From the NCBI GenBank assembly GCA_963740315.1, contig CAVUDP010000001.1, positions 192,001 through 256,000 of the forward strand: DNA of 64,000 nucleotides, read 5' to 3'. The DNA is from an uncultured cyanobacterium. Its GTDB lineage: Bacteria > Cyanobacteriota > Cyanobacteriia > Cyanobacteriales > Nostocaceae. The notes beneath the pieces were generated by a model. That model saw nothing but the letters and a program-made list of their open reading frames with translations. It was not told where the DNA came from and made no database searches. The position numbers and the translations under genes are program-made. This document shows, in pieces, positions 23,564-34,225 of this stretch; positions within the stretch are counted from its first letter, which is position 1; each line of letters starts with the position of its first letter.

Positions 23564-24874
23564 TTAAGAGGAGGAATCAGCTTTATGATTATTTTGTATT
23601 AAAAATTCGTTTAATTTAGAAGCAGTTTCTTTAGGTTTTCCAGCAATCGGAAATACTAAAATACTTTTAATTCCTTTATTATCTACTAATTCTTTAACGC
23701 GATGAAATTGTCGATCGCTAATAGCAATCCCATCAACTTTTTTAGCATAATTTACTTCTTCGTTGAAACCATCTTCGTTATAAGCCTGAATAAATATTCG
23801 ATCAACCTTCCATTTTTGATAGTCGGCGGCGAAATATCGTTTAGCCCAGTAAGGATTATGGTGACAAATATCAAAACTAACTGAAGGGTTAGCTTGTTTC
23901 ATTGCAGCTATCATTTGCTGAGTAAATTTCGTTAATTTATCGGTGCGATTAACTTTACCCGGTAATTCTGCATGATAGCCTAAATAATCATCCCATTGAA
24001 CTGCATCGATTTTGGGATATTTTGTCACGAACTCTGCTAGAATATCTCTGAAGAAATTAGCAACTTCAGGAATCTCAACATCAAGCACATAATGGTCAAT
24101 TCCTGCATAGGTTTTGTCTATACCGGGGACAATCCATCTTTTAGCGATCGCCAAATCGAATATCGGACTATTTTTATCGATTTTAATCCCTTTTTCAAAA
24201 TAAGCATGAACTTCCATTCCCTGTTTGTGCGCTTCATCAATTAACCAATCTAACCACTTATCTCGAAACAAATTGGGACAACTTTTATAGCCCAAAGTTT
24301 GCTGCATAACTTCGCTTTTATACATGGTGCAAGCATTACCCCAAACTCCATGAATAATAGTATTAAATCCTTTACTCTTGTAGTAACGAACTCTTTCGCG
24401 AATTACTTTTTCGCTGGCATTATTAGTAATGTTATAGCGACTTAAATAAATTCCTCTAATTTGTTTTTTCTCCCAACGTGTTTGGGGTGGTGGTGTTGGT
24501 TTTGGGGAAGGTTTTTTAACTTGAGTTTTGATTTTCGGAGATGGATTTAGTGTTGGAGATGGAGTTGGAGTAGGAGTGACTTTTGGTGTTGGTATAGGAG
24601 TAGAAGCAATTGGAGCCGGATTGAAAGGAAGTTTTCTTTTTTGTTGTTTGGGAGTAGAAGAAGCAACTGGAGTCGGGTTTGAAGGAAGTTTCGGAGTTGG
24701 TTTTGTAGAAATAAAAGGAATATTTATTTGTTCGCTATTAGGTAAAAGCTTACTAATACCTAAGTTATCTCTCTGAGTAAATAACCAGATACCACCTCCT
24801 AAAAACAGTACAATTACTGATATGGGAATATTTAAACATCCACATCCGCTCGGCTCTTTCTTTTTACTCGACAT
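23564..24874 (-). CDS. Membrane-anchored glycoside hydrolase-like family 10 (DUF187-type) protein
   Basis: N-terminal TM, Pro/Thr linker, IRGIYL...AHKQGMEVHAYFE...DAVQWDDY. Confidence 0.7.
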   Translation of the reverse strand: MSSKKKEPSGCGCLNIPISVIVLFLGGGIWLFTQRDNLGISKLLPNSEQINIPFISTKPTPKLPSNPTPVASSTPKQQKRKLPFNPAPIASTPIPTPKVTPTPTPSPTLNPSPKIKTQVKKPSPKPTPPPQTRWEKKQIRGIYLSRYNITNNASEKVIRERVRYYKSKGFNTIIHGVWGNACTMYKSEVMQQTLGYKSCPNLFRDKWLDWLIDEAHKQGMEVHAYFEKGIKIDKNSPIFDLAIAKRWIVPGIDKTYAGIDHYVLDVEIPEVANFFRDILAEFVTKYPKIDAVQWDDYLGYHAELPGKVNRTDKLTKFTQQMIAAMKQANPSVSFDICHHNPYWAKRYFAADYQKWKVDRIFIQAYNEDGFNEEVNYAKKVDGIAISDRQFHRVKELVDNKGIKSILVFPIAGKPKETASKLNEFLIQNNHKADSSS

Positions 24875-25103
24875 AGTAATATTAATGATTCCCCGATAAA
24901 AACTCAGTTTAATTGATAACTACAAGTTTGACATAGGCGAATTCCGAAAAAGTAGGTAAAAATGGATTTTTGATTGCAGCAGGTTGTGTTCTAGATTTAC
25001 AGGGAAAGATGCCATTACCACAAGACTTTAACTAACTGTAATATCACTGAAAAATACAGAATCCGATATCTACAATTTATTATCAGGGTGTAAAAGAAAA
25101 ATT

Positions 25104-25220
25104 ATGAAATTAATTCAACGCACGACGCTTCATTATCAAGGGAATCCTGAAAGCATTTACGAGGTGAATTTATGGGAAGTGGAGGAAGGGAAATATGAAG
25201 TGATTATGTTGAGGCAGTAG
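25104..25220 (+). pseudogene. Truncated N-terminus of a WGR-domain protein
   Basis: MKLIQRTTLHYQGNPESIYEVNLWEVEEGKYEV resembles the start of cyanobacterial WGR proteins. It breaks off at the darG stop codon. Confidence 0.5.
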
Positions 25221-26259
25221 ATAACCAATTTTGCTTTTCTAAACGCTGCCAAGCTTTGCGAATATGTTGCGGCTTAAACAAATTCTGCTTCCTTTCGTTC
25301 CATTTATGCACTTTCTGAATCGCTTGTTCGCTATCCTGTGCTGGGTTATCATCTCTTGTTGCAATCCAATGAACTGTTGCTAACATTTCCATTCCATAAG
25401 GAGTTTCAAAACCATATATTAAATTGCTAACTTTTTCTAAACGCTGAAGAGCTTCTGATTGTGTTTCTAAAAATTTTTGCGCCGCTTTTCTACCTTCCTC
25501 TAACACGTAAATTTCAGCGCTTTGAGCTGTACTAGTTCCATCTCCATAGCCATGAATATAATGCCCTTCGATATGCTTCAAAACATGATTAAGATTATGA
25601 GCATAGGGACCATATATATGCGGTTTGTAAAATAGCTTTAAATCTTCACCTGCTTCTTGCAGGAAATAGGCTAGTTTTTGAATTTCTAGCTTAGTTGATT
25701 CATAACCTGGTATTCCATATATTTCTAGCAGTTGAATAACCAATGCACGTCCACGAGTCATATTAGGTTTTTTGGTCGCAATTGGCATTTTTTCTGCTTT
25801 CGGTGCGCCAAATGGCTCAAAGATTATTACTCGTACATCTGGTAATACGATAAATGCTGATTCAATTAGGGGTTTAACAATTTTCCAATCTAATCCACCA
25901 TTACCGCACCCTAAAGGTGGGATAGCGATAGATGTAATATTTAACTGTTGTACTTCTGTAACTAAAGCTGCTAATCCTGCCTCAATGTCTTCTATTTTAG
26001 ACTTACCCCTCCAATGACGCTTTGTAGGGAAGTTAAATATATACTTAGGGTTAAAAATACTACCTGTAGAGACAATAAAAATACTACCAGGTTTTACTTC
26101 TTTAGCTTTACAAGCCTTGGAGTATTGACGGAAGTTTTCAGGATATGCTCGTTTAAATTGCAAGGCAATACCTTTGCCCATAACACCAACACAATTAACG
26201 GTATTAACTAAGGCTTCTGCTTTCTCTTCTAATAAGTTACCTTGCTTAAACTCAATCAT
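25204..26259 (-). CDS. darG: DarG antitoxin (macrodomain plus DarG C-terminal domain)
   Basis: LVNTVNCVGVMGKGIALQFK, NFPTKRHW, SIAIPPLGCGNGGLDW, GFETPYGMEMLATVHW. ATG 26259. Confidence 0.9.
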   Translation of the reverse strand: MIEFKQGNLLEEKAEALVNTVNCVGVMGKGIALQFKRAYPENFRQYSKACKAKEVKPGSIFIVSTGSIFNPKYIFNFPTKRHWRGKSKIEDIEAGLAALVTEVQQLNITSIAIPPLGCGNGGLDWKIVKPLIESAFIVLPDVRVIIFEPFGAPKAEKMPIATKKPNMTRGRALVIQLLEIYGIPGYESTKLEIQKLAYFLQEAGEDLKLFYKPHIYGPYAHNLNHVLKHIEGHYIHGYGDGTSTAQSAEIYVLEEGRKAAQKFLETQSEALQRLEKVSNLIYGFETPYGMEMLATVHWIATRDDNPAQDSEQAIQKVHKWNERKQNLFKPQHIRKAWQRLEKQNWLSTAST

Positions 26260-26315
26260 TCCTTCCGCCTCTTTTAGTAACCAAGTACTATTTGAAATTA
26301 TATTATATGATAATT

Positions 26316-26942
26316 CTAGTAGTACCAATTAGCATAAACTTTAATTGAGTTATTAAAATTAAAATTTTGTAATAGCTTGCTAACCTGGGATTTCAAAGTA
26401 ATATTTTGTACGGCAATCTCTTTAATTAATTTCCAAGGAACAAATTGATGTATTAAAAACTCAGCTTGTCGTCTACGTTTTCTATCTCCATCTTCTGGTG
26501 TATTGTTCCAGTATTGCTCTTTCATAATTTGCCAATCAATTACATTCAAGTTTTGCAGATTGTCGTAAAATTCACTGTATGCCATGATTGCATGACCATC
26601 AGTAAAAGCAAAAGCTAAATTATTGGTTTCTATTAATTCGGCTTCTGAAACTAAATGAATTATTGAATTTTGAGCGACTGTGTAACCCTCTACGTTATTT
26701 TTATGAATCGCATAAAGCATAGGAGAGCGTGGAGCAAAATAAAAAGGGACATAATCTTGTAGACACCCATCAGTAGCGCAAGGAACGTAAATATTAGCTC
26801 GTCGATCCTGTATTTGACTGTGAGCAATATCTGTATATTGAGTTTGCTGCTTTTGCAGCCTGCTATTAGCGATTAATCCGCCTGATTTGAGGATTAAAGA
26901 CAAATTATTAATATGAGTGATGTGGTAGATATTCGTTGGCAT
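26316..26942 (-). CDS. darT: DarT DNA ADP-ribosyltransferase toxin (DUF4433)
   Basis: IYHITHINNL, YVPFYFAPRSPML, FTDGHA, RRRQAEFL. Directly upstream of darG. Confidence 0.9.
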   Translation of the reverse strand: MPTNIYHITHINNLSLILKSGGLIANSRLQKQQTQYTDIAHSQIQDRRANIYVPCATDGCLQDYVPFYFAPRSPMLYAIHKNNVEGYTVAQNSIIHLVSEAELIETNNLAFAFTDGHAIMAYSEFYDNLQNLNVIDWQIMKEQYWNNTPEDGDRKRRRQAEFLIHQFVPWKLIKEIAVQNITLKSQVSKLLQNFNFNNSIKVYANWYY

Positions 26943-27270
26943 TTGGTCATATCCAGTTATTAGCTTAATAGTAATAATTCAATTCTATCAACCCGCACTT
27001 TAGCTACATCAACAAAATGCTGCTCTAAAGTTTATTGATGCTAAAAGTTTTTCTGGGCTATGAGAGAAAATAGATATTCACAACTATCAACTCTTCTAGA
27101 GACGTGTCTATACATCTAAACTGGCGACTCTTGAAAAAGCAGGCGAAAATGGATGTCATTAGGCGGTAACTCGTGTCACTATATCAATAAAAAACAATTG
27201 TAGAGACGTTCATAGTATCGCGTCTCTACATGGTTGTACGATTAAAGAGCATCCCTCCCGTATATCCATA

Positions 27271-27990
27271 CTAAGATCCACCAATATTATCCGGATTGAC
27301 ACCAATACTACGCAAATAATCAGCCATTTGCTCTGCTCGCTGACGCTCCTGCTCGGCTCGCTGACGCTCCTGCTCTAACAACAATTCAGCACGTTGCGCT
27401 CTTAAACGTTCCTCTTGAAAGCGCTGCTCCAACTCCACCGAAGACAAAAATCGTTGCCCATCGGGGCGATAAATAACTAATTCACCTTGCGCGATTTCAA
27501 ATTTAATTCCCATCCGGGGACTAATAAAATCATCTATTTCCCACAGCTTGGTTAAATTACCGTTTTGTCGTACCCAGCCATCAAATTGAAAAGTTTGGGG
27601 ATTGTAAATGTAATATTCTTCAACACCATAAGTATTATAAAATTCCAGCTTGCGTTCCATTTCGTCTGCATTATTGCTGGGAGAAAGAATTTCAAATACT
27701 ATCTGAGGTGGAATATTCTCTTCATTCCACTGACGGTAAGAACTGCGTTTACCCTTCGGTCTGCCAAATATTACCATGACATCGGGTGCTGTCGGCGAAA
27801 TTATCTTAGAACGCACGGGATACCAAAGTAAATCGCCAGCAATAAAAACATTGTCATCCCCAGCAAACAGAACTTCTAAATTCTCCTTAATAATGACTAT
27901 CCAGCGATACTGTTCGGTATTTTCTGCCATTGGTTTGCCGTCACCGCTGGGAAATAGTATATCTTCATCCAGTTGCTCAAAGATAGTCAT
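27271..27990 (-). CDS. Uma2 family endonuclease
   Basis: DGKPMAENTEQ, APDVMVIFG, VFEILSP, GVEEYY. Confidence 0.9.
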   Translation of the reverse strand: MTIFEQLDEDILFPSGDGKPMAENTEQYRWIVIIKENLEVLFAGDDNVFIAGDLLWYPVRSKIISPTAPDVMVIFGRPKGKRSSYRQWNEENIPPQIVFEILSPSNNADEMERKLEFYNTYGVEEYYIYNPQTFQFDGWVRQNGNLTKLWEIDDFISPRMGIKFEIAQGELVIYRPDGQRFLSSVELEQRFQEERLRAQRAELLLEQERQRAEQERQRAEQMADYLRSIGVNPDNIGGS

Positions 27991-28116
27991 AGCGATTTTG
28001 GATTTTGGATTTTAGATTTTAGATTATTGCTTCTATTCTAAGTAAATTAGATTTGTGACGCGGATAACATTAAAATTATAGAAATAACCGATTGTTCCTA
28101 AATGTAACTAATATAT

Positions 28117-28377
28117 ATGCCTCCACGTTGGCCCCGCGAACCAGACCGCAAAAACGACCCAGCTTACCGTAAACTGGACGATAGAATGAATTTCGCCGTT
28201 CATGTGGCGACATTTGCTTTATTTAATTCCGGCTTGTGGTTTTTTCACAACTTTCTTTCAACTGATTGGCAATGGTTGCCCATTCTGACATTAGGTTGGT
28301 TAGCGGTATTAGTCTCGCATCTAATTTATATTTGGGCGATCGCAGATTATTCAGATGCTCCACCAAAATCTACCTGA
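28117..28377 (+). CDS. 2TM-domain small membrane protein
   Basis: MPPRWPREPDR...DDRMNFAVH followed by two TM helices. Confidence 0.75.
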   Translation: MPPRWPREPDRKNDPAYRKLDDRMNFAVHVATFALFNSGLWFFHNFLSTDWQWLPILTLGWLAVLVSHLIYIWAIADYSDAPPKST

Positions 28378-28474
28378 AGATGTAGCATAAAGGCAACGGC
28401 GATCGCAACTTGTAATGGTAGAGTTATCTTGAGAATTTCAGCATAATTCTTAAGTAACTTGTAATTTTGAGGCT

Positions 28475-28780
28475 ATGTCTAACAACGCAGAATTCATGGA
28501 AGCCCTAGCCGCTGAGATTGGCGAGAATGTCTATATCGATATCGCTAAGTGGCACCTTTATTTGTCCGATGCCAAACTGCATACTGTTGTTGCCGAACAA
28601 GTTTATCCTTTAATCAGTTCCGATAAATCCGTGGATGAAGATGATGTCATTAATGTTTTACAGTCTATTCCTATCAAGATAGGTGGCGGTAAAAGTGAAA
28701 TCTCTTTAATCGATTTGGTACCGTCACAGTGCCAAGTCAGTTTGGTAGATATCTTAGAAAAATATCAGCAAGAAATGTGA
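28475..28780 (+). CDS. DUF3181-family protein
   Basis: LAAEIGENVYIDIAKWHLYLSDAKLH. Confidence 0.75.
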   Translation: MSNNAEFMEALAAEIGENVYIDIAKWHLYLSDAKLHTVVAEQVYPLISSDKSVDEDDVINVLQSIPIKIGGGKSEISLIDLVPSQCQVSLVDILEKYQQEM

Positions 28781-28869
28781 ATTTCCTAGTTTTTGGTGCC
28801 TTTATTAAAAATGGCATCAAAAGCTATTGATAAATAGATAGATAAATAATTAATAAAAAGAGGAGAAAA

Positions 28870-29082
28870 ATGTCTGCATCCAAATTTCATGATGGATATT
28901 CTTTAGCAGAAGCTACCGAAGCACTCGGTAAACAGGCTTTGCAACTAGGATTAATACCAAGTTTTACAATACGTTTCTTTCCCGACAATAGAGAATATTT
29001 TATTGCTCACGACGATCAATCGGAAGCGCTGACACCAGAAGAAGCATATTTCTACTTTAAGAAATTAGTTGAAAAAGCTTAA
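28870..29082 (+). CDS. Hypothetical protein
   Basis: 70 aa with a strong AGGAG RBS. Confidence 0.55.
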   Translation: MSASKFHDGYSLAEATEALGKQALQLGLIPSFTIRFFPDNREYFIAHDDQSEALTPEEAYFYFKKLVEKA

Positions 29083-29083
29083 G

Positions 29084-29174
29084 GGAGTTAGAAGTTAGGA
29101 GTTAGGAGTTAGGAGTTAGGAGTTAGGAGTTAGGAGTTAGGAGTTAGGAGTTAGGAGTTAGGAGTTAGGAGTTA
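29084..29174. repeat. STRR heptamer tandem repeat (GGAGTTA) x13
   Basis: Directly visible. Other STRR tracts near 11300, 12360-12440, 14197-14228, 19040-19220, 30880-30920, 42527-42573, 55557-55605. Confidence 0.9.
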
Positions 29175-29250
29175 GGAATAAATAATTATAGAAATATCTG
29201 TACTGTTTGCTCTGCAAGTTCTCTTCATATTTCCTAATCTCCATCCCCAA

Positions 29251-30534
29251 TTACCCATTCTCTTCAACCATATTTCGTGCAAATGCGATCGCTTCATAAA
29301 ACGTCGAAATTTTGCCTTCGACTTGTGCCACTGCAATTTCTGTCAGAATTTTACCTATAAGTGGTGACGAAGGGATATTTAATAATGATATAATGTGTGT
29401 CCCACTTACTAATTGAGTGGGATGTGCAACCGGATCGTCAGGGGTTAAGTAGCGGGAAAGTAAAGATGCGTATGTTGTTACTGGCTTGTCTTCGGACATA
29501 TTCCTGACTACATTACCATAAGCTGTTGCTAAAATGGCTGTAGTCGGGAATACGCTACCCGCTTCTTTGAATAAAAAATATTGTTCTCTTAAGGATAATG
29601 CTGTATTAAGTCTGGGAAATGTTCTCAAGGCTGTAGTTACGCTTTGAATTTCCGCTTTACTATAGGTAAGTTTTTCTAACTCTGCTTCTGCTATTTCTGG
29701 ATTGGGATTAACTAAACAAGCTAGTTTTGCAATACCCAACCAAGTTGTTTTTACAGTATCTCTAATATTTTGTTGCAGTATTTCCTTCAAACTTGGAAAT
29801 TCTTCTGTTAATTGCAAAGCTACTTTGTCAATTTCTGCGATCGAAGCACAACTTTGCGATGTCGCGTATTTAAAGGAAGATTTTAGTAAACCATCTTCGT
29901 AAGCTTTTATTAACCAAAACGTACCTTGAGGCACCAACATATAGCCTAATTCTACCCGTATTCGTTCGGCAGCAACTTTTTCTAAATGGGAAGCTAAAGC
30001 GCGAATTGTGGAGTGGGTTTCTGCTTCAATAGTAAATCCTAACTGTGCGGCTTGACGATATCCCCGCATCAAGCGTAAAGGGTCATCTTCCAAATTCGCG
30101 GGTGATATCATGCGTAAAATACCCTTTTGTAAATCTACACCGCCTTGTAACGGATCTCGGATTTCTTGGGTATGAATATTGTAGGCGATCGCATTTATTG
30201 TAAAATCTCGTCGATGCAAGTCAGTTTCTAGAGAATCGCCTTCCTGTTGGGCAATATCAACGGTAGCATTGGGAAACACAACGCGAGCAATTTGCCTCTG
30301 CTCGTCAAGTAAAACAAAACCAGCTTGATGATCGAAGGCTATTTTGCGGGCTACATTTACCGCTTCTGAAGGTAAAATAAAATCTAAATCCAATTTAAAA
30401 TCTAAATCATCGCGATTTCTTCCTAAAATCGCATCTCGTACCGCACCACCAACCAAATAAGCTGGTTTTGGCAACAATTCCAGATTAAAAGGTAAAGATT
30501 CTGGTGTAAATTGAGACAGAATTGAACCGTACAT
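29251..30534 (-). CDS. CCA/CC-adding tRNA nucleotidyltransferase
   Basis: LVGGAVRD, DLDF, DLHRRDFTINA, DDPLRLMR. Confidence 0.88.
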   Translation of the reverse strand: MYGSILSQFTPESLPFNLELLPKPAYLVGGAVRDAILGRNRDDLDFKLDLDFILPSEAVNVARKIAFDHQAGFVLLDEQRQIARVVFPNATVDIAQQEGDSLETDLHRRDFTINAIAYNIHTQEIRDPLQGGVDLQKGILRMISPANLEDDPLRLMRGYRQAAQLGFTIEAETHSTIRALASHLEKVAAERIRVELGYMLVPQGTFWLIKAYEDGLLKSSFKYATSQSCASIAEIDKVALQLTEEFPSLKEILQQNIRDTVKTTWLGIAKLACLVNPNPEIAEAELEKLTYSKAEIQSVTTALRTFPRLNTALSLREQYFLFKEAGSVFPTTAILATAYGNVVRNMSEDKPVTTYASLLSRYLTPDDPVAHPTQLVSGTHIISLLNIPSSPLIGKILTEIAVAQVEGKISTFYEAIAFARNMVEENG

Positions 30535-30630
30535 TGTAATAAAAATAAACTCAAAGGCTAGGCAACAACAACGTAGCTAATAGCTAGAATAAAAACAAAG
30601 CGAAACTAAAACTTAATTGTTGATTTTAAT

Positions 30631-30879
30631 ATGTGTATTTGCGTAAATTGTCATTATGTAGACCGCTGTGCTACCTACAATGCAGTAGAAACACAGCACC
30701 AACAACCTCATTTAACAGAAACACCAACATTTGATCCCAACGAACCCAGTATAAACGTAAATATTCGCACCGAAGGCGAAGTAATTGAAATGGAATGGGA
30801 TGTTGTAGGATGTTTGAGTTTCAAAGAAGAGAAAGGTAAATGGTCTAAATTACGTCCCGGTGAGTTGGTTCCCACTTAA
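30631..30879 (+). CDS. ycf34: Ycf34 family protein
   Basis: MCICVNCHYVDRC...EWDVVGC. Confidence 0.9.
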   Translation: MCICVNCHYVDRCATYNAVETQHQQPHLTETPTFDPNEPSINVNIRTEGEVIEMEWDVVGCLSFKEEKGKWSKLRPGELVPT

Positions 30880-31172
30880 CAGTTATCAGTGAGCAGTGAG
30901 CAGTGAGCAGTGAACAGTTATAGGATTTTGGATTTTAGAGACAACAAACCCGGAATATTTTCCTGAAAACATTACTTTTTCGTTTATCAATTTGCAAGAA
31001 ATCGGGTTTTTTCTGCTTCCACCCGAATGGTGCATTCCGGTGAGTTATAGGGTTTTATATTTTGGATTTAAAATATAACAGAAGGGTTAGAGCCAGAAGT
31101 TAGGAATTTACAAGATTTTATTCTACCCCCTCTACCCTTTCTCCCCCCTCTACCCCCTCTACCCCCTCTCTA

Positions 31173-31796
31173 ATGTCCAAATACGGTTTCGCGCTACACA
31201 CCACCACTCCCGAATTAGGTTTAGCGATCGGTAATTTCGCTGAGGATTCACGTTCTGATGTATGGAAATTAGACCGTAATGTTTCTAATTTGATGCATCA
31301 ATATTTAATAGATTTTATTAAACCTCAAACTTGGTCGGATATAGATTTTATTGCTGTAGCGAAGGGACCTGGAGGTTTTACGGGAACTCGTATTGGGCTT
31401 GTGGCTGCTCGCACTTTGGGTCAACAATTAAATATTCCGGTGTTCGCGATTTCTACTTTGGCAGCATTTGCATGGGAAAACCGACGTGATGACGATGGTT
31501 TTATCGCCGTACAGATGCCAGCGCAACGAGGTATGTTGTTCGGTGCGATTTATCAAGTTATGCCGGATGGTAGCGGACTAACGGCTGTAATGCCTGATGT
31601 GGTAGTCACTAAAGAAATATGGGAAGAAAAATTAGCCGATGGGAATGGTAATTATCGGCTTGTGGAAGCTAACTCTGGTTTAGCTGCGACGGTAACGAGT
31701 ATGCTGCAATTAGCAGATTTGGATTGCCAGCAAGGCAAGCGTCCGGATTGGACGGAAGCTTTACCGTTCTACGGGCAACATCCGGTTAATAATTAG
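31173..31796 (+). CDS. tsaB: tRNA threonylcarbamoyladenosine biosynthesis protein
   Basis: IAVAKGPGGFTGTRIG; ALPFYGQHP. Confidence 0.88.
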   Translation: MSKYGFALHTTTPELGLAIGNFAEDSRSDVWKLDRNVSNLMHQYLIDFIKPQTWSDIDFIAVAKGPGGFTGTRIGLVAARTLGQQLNIPVFAISTLAAFAWENRRDDDGFIAVQMPAQRGMLFGAIYQVMPDGSGLTAVMPDVVVTKEIWEEKLADGNGNYRLVEANSGLAATVTSMLQLADLDCQQGKRPDWTEALPFYGQHPVNN

Positions 31797-31821
31797 TTGG
31801 AAATTGCCCCGACAAACAGGT

Positions 31822-32166
31822 TTACTCCGGCTCAACTAACTTAAATCCCCAAGGCTTTAGAACCGCGATCGCAACTTCTCTTTCTATGCCTTCATAGGCT
31901 TCCCATTCGGAACCAGCATCTTTGGGATGTCCGTCACCGACATGACCTGCAACTTTTATTACTTGATAACCTTCCACGCGATGCTTTTCCATTCCTCTTG
32001 GAAGTGCCAGTTTTACTTTACGACCCACGAATTTAGAAGTACTCTCTTCAGCTACAGTTTCGCGGATTAAACAAATATCACCAGCAGTTCCCCAACTAGT
32101 TGAGTAGGTGTATAGGAACGATATATAGGTTTTGGGTTTAATGGGTCTTTTTTTTACAGCTTCCAT
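31822..32166 (-). CDS. Conserved hypothetical protein
   Basis: 114 aa ORF, STSWGTAGD...VAGHVGDGHP. Confidence 0.6.
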   Translation of the reverse strand: MEAVKKRPIKPKTYISFLYTYSTSWGTAGDICLIRETVAEESTSKFVGRKVKLALPRGMEKHRVEGYQVIKVAGHVGDGHPKDAGSEWEAYEGIEREVAIAVLKPWGFKLVEPE

Positions 32167-32721
32167 TGTCTATAATTACTACTCATTCTTGGCTCAAAAA
32201 TTTAATCCAAACAGTTATAACACGCTTGAGTGAAAGATTTTTCTATAACTATCGTTCTACCTCTAAATTTAGCTCTACTTAGCATGAAATGAGCAATCGC
32301 ACGCAAAATTTTACGCGCTTTGCCCAAAACGTGCAGCATTATAAATATTTTACTTCTATAGCAATTCTATATGAGTTGTAATATTTTGAGCTATTGAGAA
32401 ACCTGATTTTTTGAAAAATTAGGTTCCTTAATTCTTAGTTGGGGACTTTTCCACGGTATAGCATCGCCTTCAAAGTCATACCTTGAAGATCGAACGAAGT
32501 CAGAGGGGTGAATAACTGTATTCTACTCAACGTTATAAAAATACATTTAGAAACCTTTTAAGACAATTTGATTAGCATCGAATAAACTTTATAGTTAAGT
32601 TACACAATTAGAAAGAGAAGCATTTTATTCTTTATGTTTCTTAATATATATGTTTATTTCTTGCTGCGTAACTTAATACTCTGTTATTGATTTACCGATT
32701 GTTAATAAATTTATCAAAAAG

Positions 32722-33905
32722 ATGAGAATTTTAATAATAGAAGATGACGATCGCATTGCTCAACATGATGCTGAAGATTTAAAGCATCAGCATCATGTGG
32801 TGGATGTTGCCCTGGATGGGATTGAAGGCTGGGAATACACCCAAGCAACGGAATTCGACTTAATTTTATTAGATTTAATGTTGCCCAAATTAGATGGTAT
32901 TAGTCTTGTAAACTAATCGCCAAACAAGGCAAATACCGTTTAAGCAAACCGATTAATACTATTAATTCAACACAAACACAAATACAAACTCAAAAAAAAC
33001 CTTACCCAATTCGCGGTTTTACTAGACCTATAATAAACGTCAAAGATGAGAAAATAATTGGTTACGTTCGAGTTAGCGAATCTTTAACCGATTTGAATAG
33101 TAGCATTCGCAAACTAGATTTAGGATTGGAAAGTGGGGTTGCGATCGCATTAATTTTGAGCGGTTTTGGTGGGATTTGGTTGACTAATCGCGCTATGAAA
33201 CCGATTGAAGCAAGTTTTCAACGACTCAAACAGTTTACAGCAGACGCTTCCCACGAATTACGCAGCCCTTTGATGGCAATTAAAACCAACGCTTCAGTAG
33301 CATTGAAATATCCCGAAGGAATCCGAGAAAAAGACGAAGAAAAATTTAGCGCGATCGCATCTGCAACCAACCAGATGACAAGACTTACAGAAGATTTACT
33401 GCTTCTGGCACGTACTGACATAAGCGCAATTCATCAAAAATCGGTACATATAAGTTTGATTTTATCTGACTTAATGCAATTATACGAACCGATAGCGTGG
33501 GAAAAAGATATTGCGCTTACCGCACACCTTGCTGAAGATTTATATTTTTCTGGAGATGAAGCACTTTTAAAACAAGTTTTTACCAATTTGATTCAGAATG
33601 CTCTCCACTACACACCTGTTGGAGGTTCGGTAACAGTTGAAGCTAAAAAAGTTTATTCTAAAATTGTTATTAATATAAAAGATACAGGAATAGGAATTGC
33701 ACCAGAATATTTAGATAAAATATTCGAGCGATTCTTCCGAGTCGATAAATCTCGTTCCTATCAAACTGGTAATTCGGGATTGGGTTTAGCTATTGTGCGA
33801 GAGATTGTACAGCTTCATAAAGGTACAATTTCGGTAGAAAGTAAGTTAGGAATTGGTAGTTGTTTTACCGTTCGCTTTCCTGGGAAGGATTTTTTAAGTT
33901 GTTAG
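32722..33905 (+). pseudogene. Deletion-fused OmpR-type response regulator and sensor kinase remnants
   Basis: The receiver stops after LLDLMLPKLDGISL. The kinase frame is open from ~32910 without its N-terminus and has ASHELRSP, NLIQNA, DTGIGI and SGLGL intact. Confidence 0.75.
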
Positions 33906-34225
33906 ATTTATAGTCTATAATCACCCAGATGAAGTGACGATTTCACATCGCTGGAGACGTAGCAGTGCTACGTCTCTACAGGGTTTTTGTGTTTCATGCA
34001 AAATATATGTAATTATTCATAGCTTCCATTTAACAACGCCTTATTTCTCTTTATTTCTTTCCTCTGCGTACTCTGCGTCTCTGCGGTTTTTTTATCGGTA
34101 TTCTTTTAATAAACGAAACAATTACATCTTCTTGCTTTTCAAAAATAATCATGAGAATTCATTGGCTGTAAAATCAGTAAAGTTCTAGCAAATCCAAAAT
34201 CCAAAATTCAAAATCCAAAATTGAA

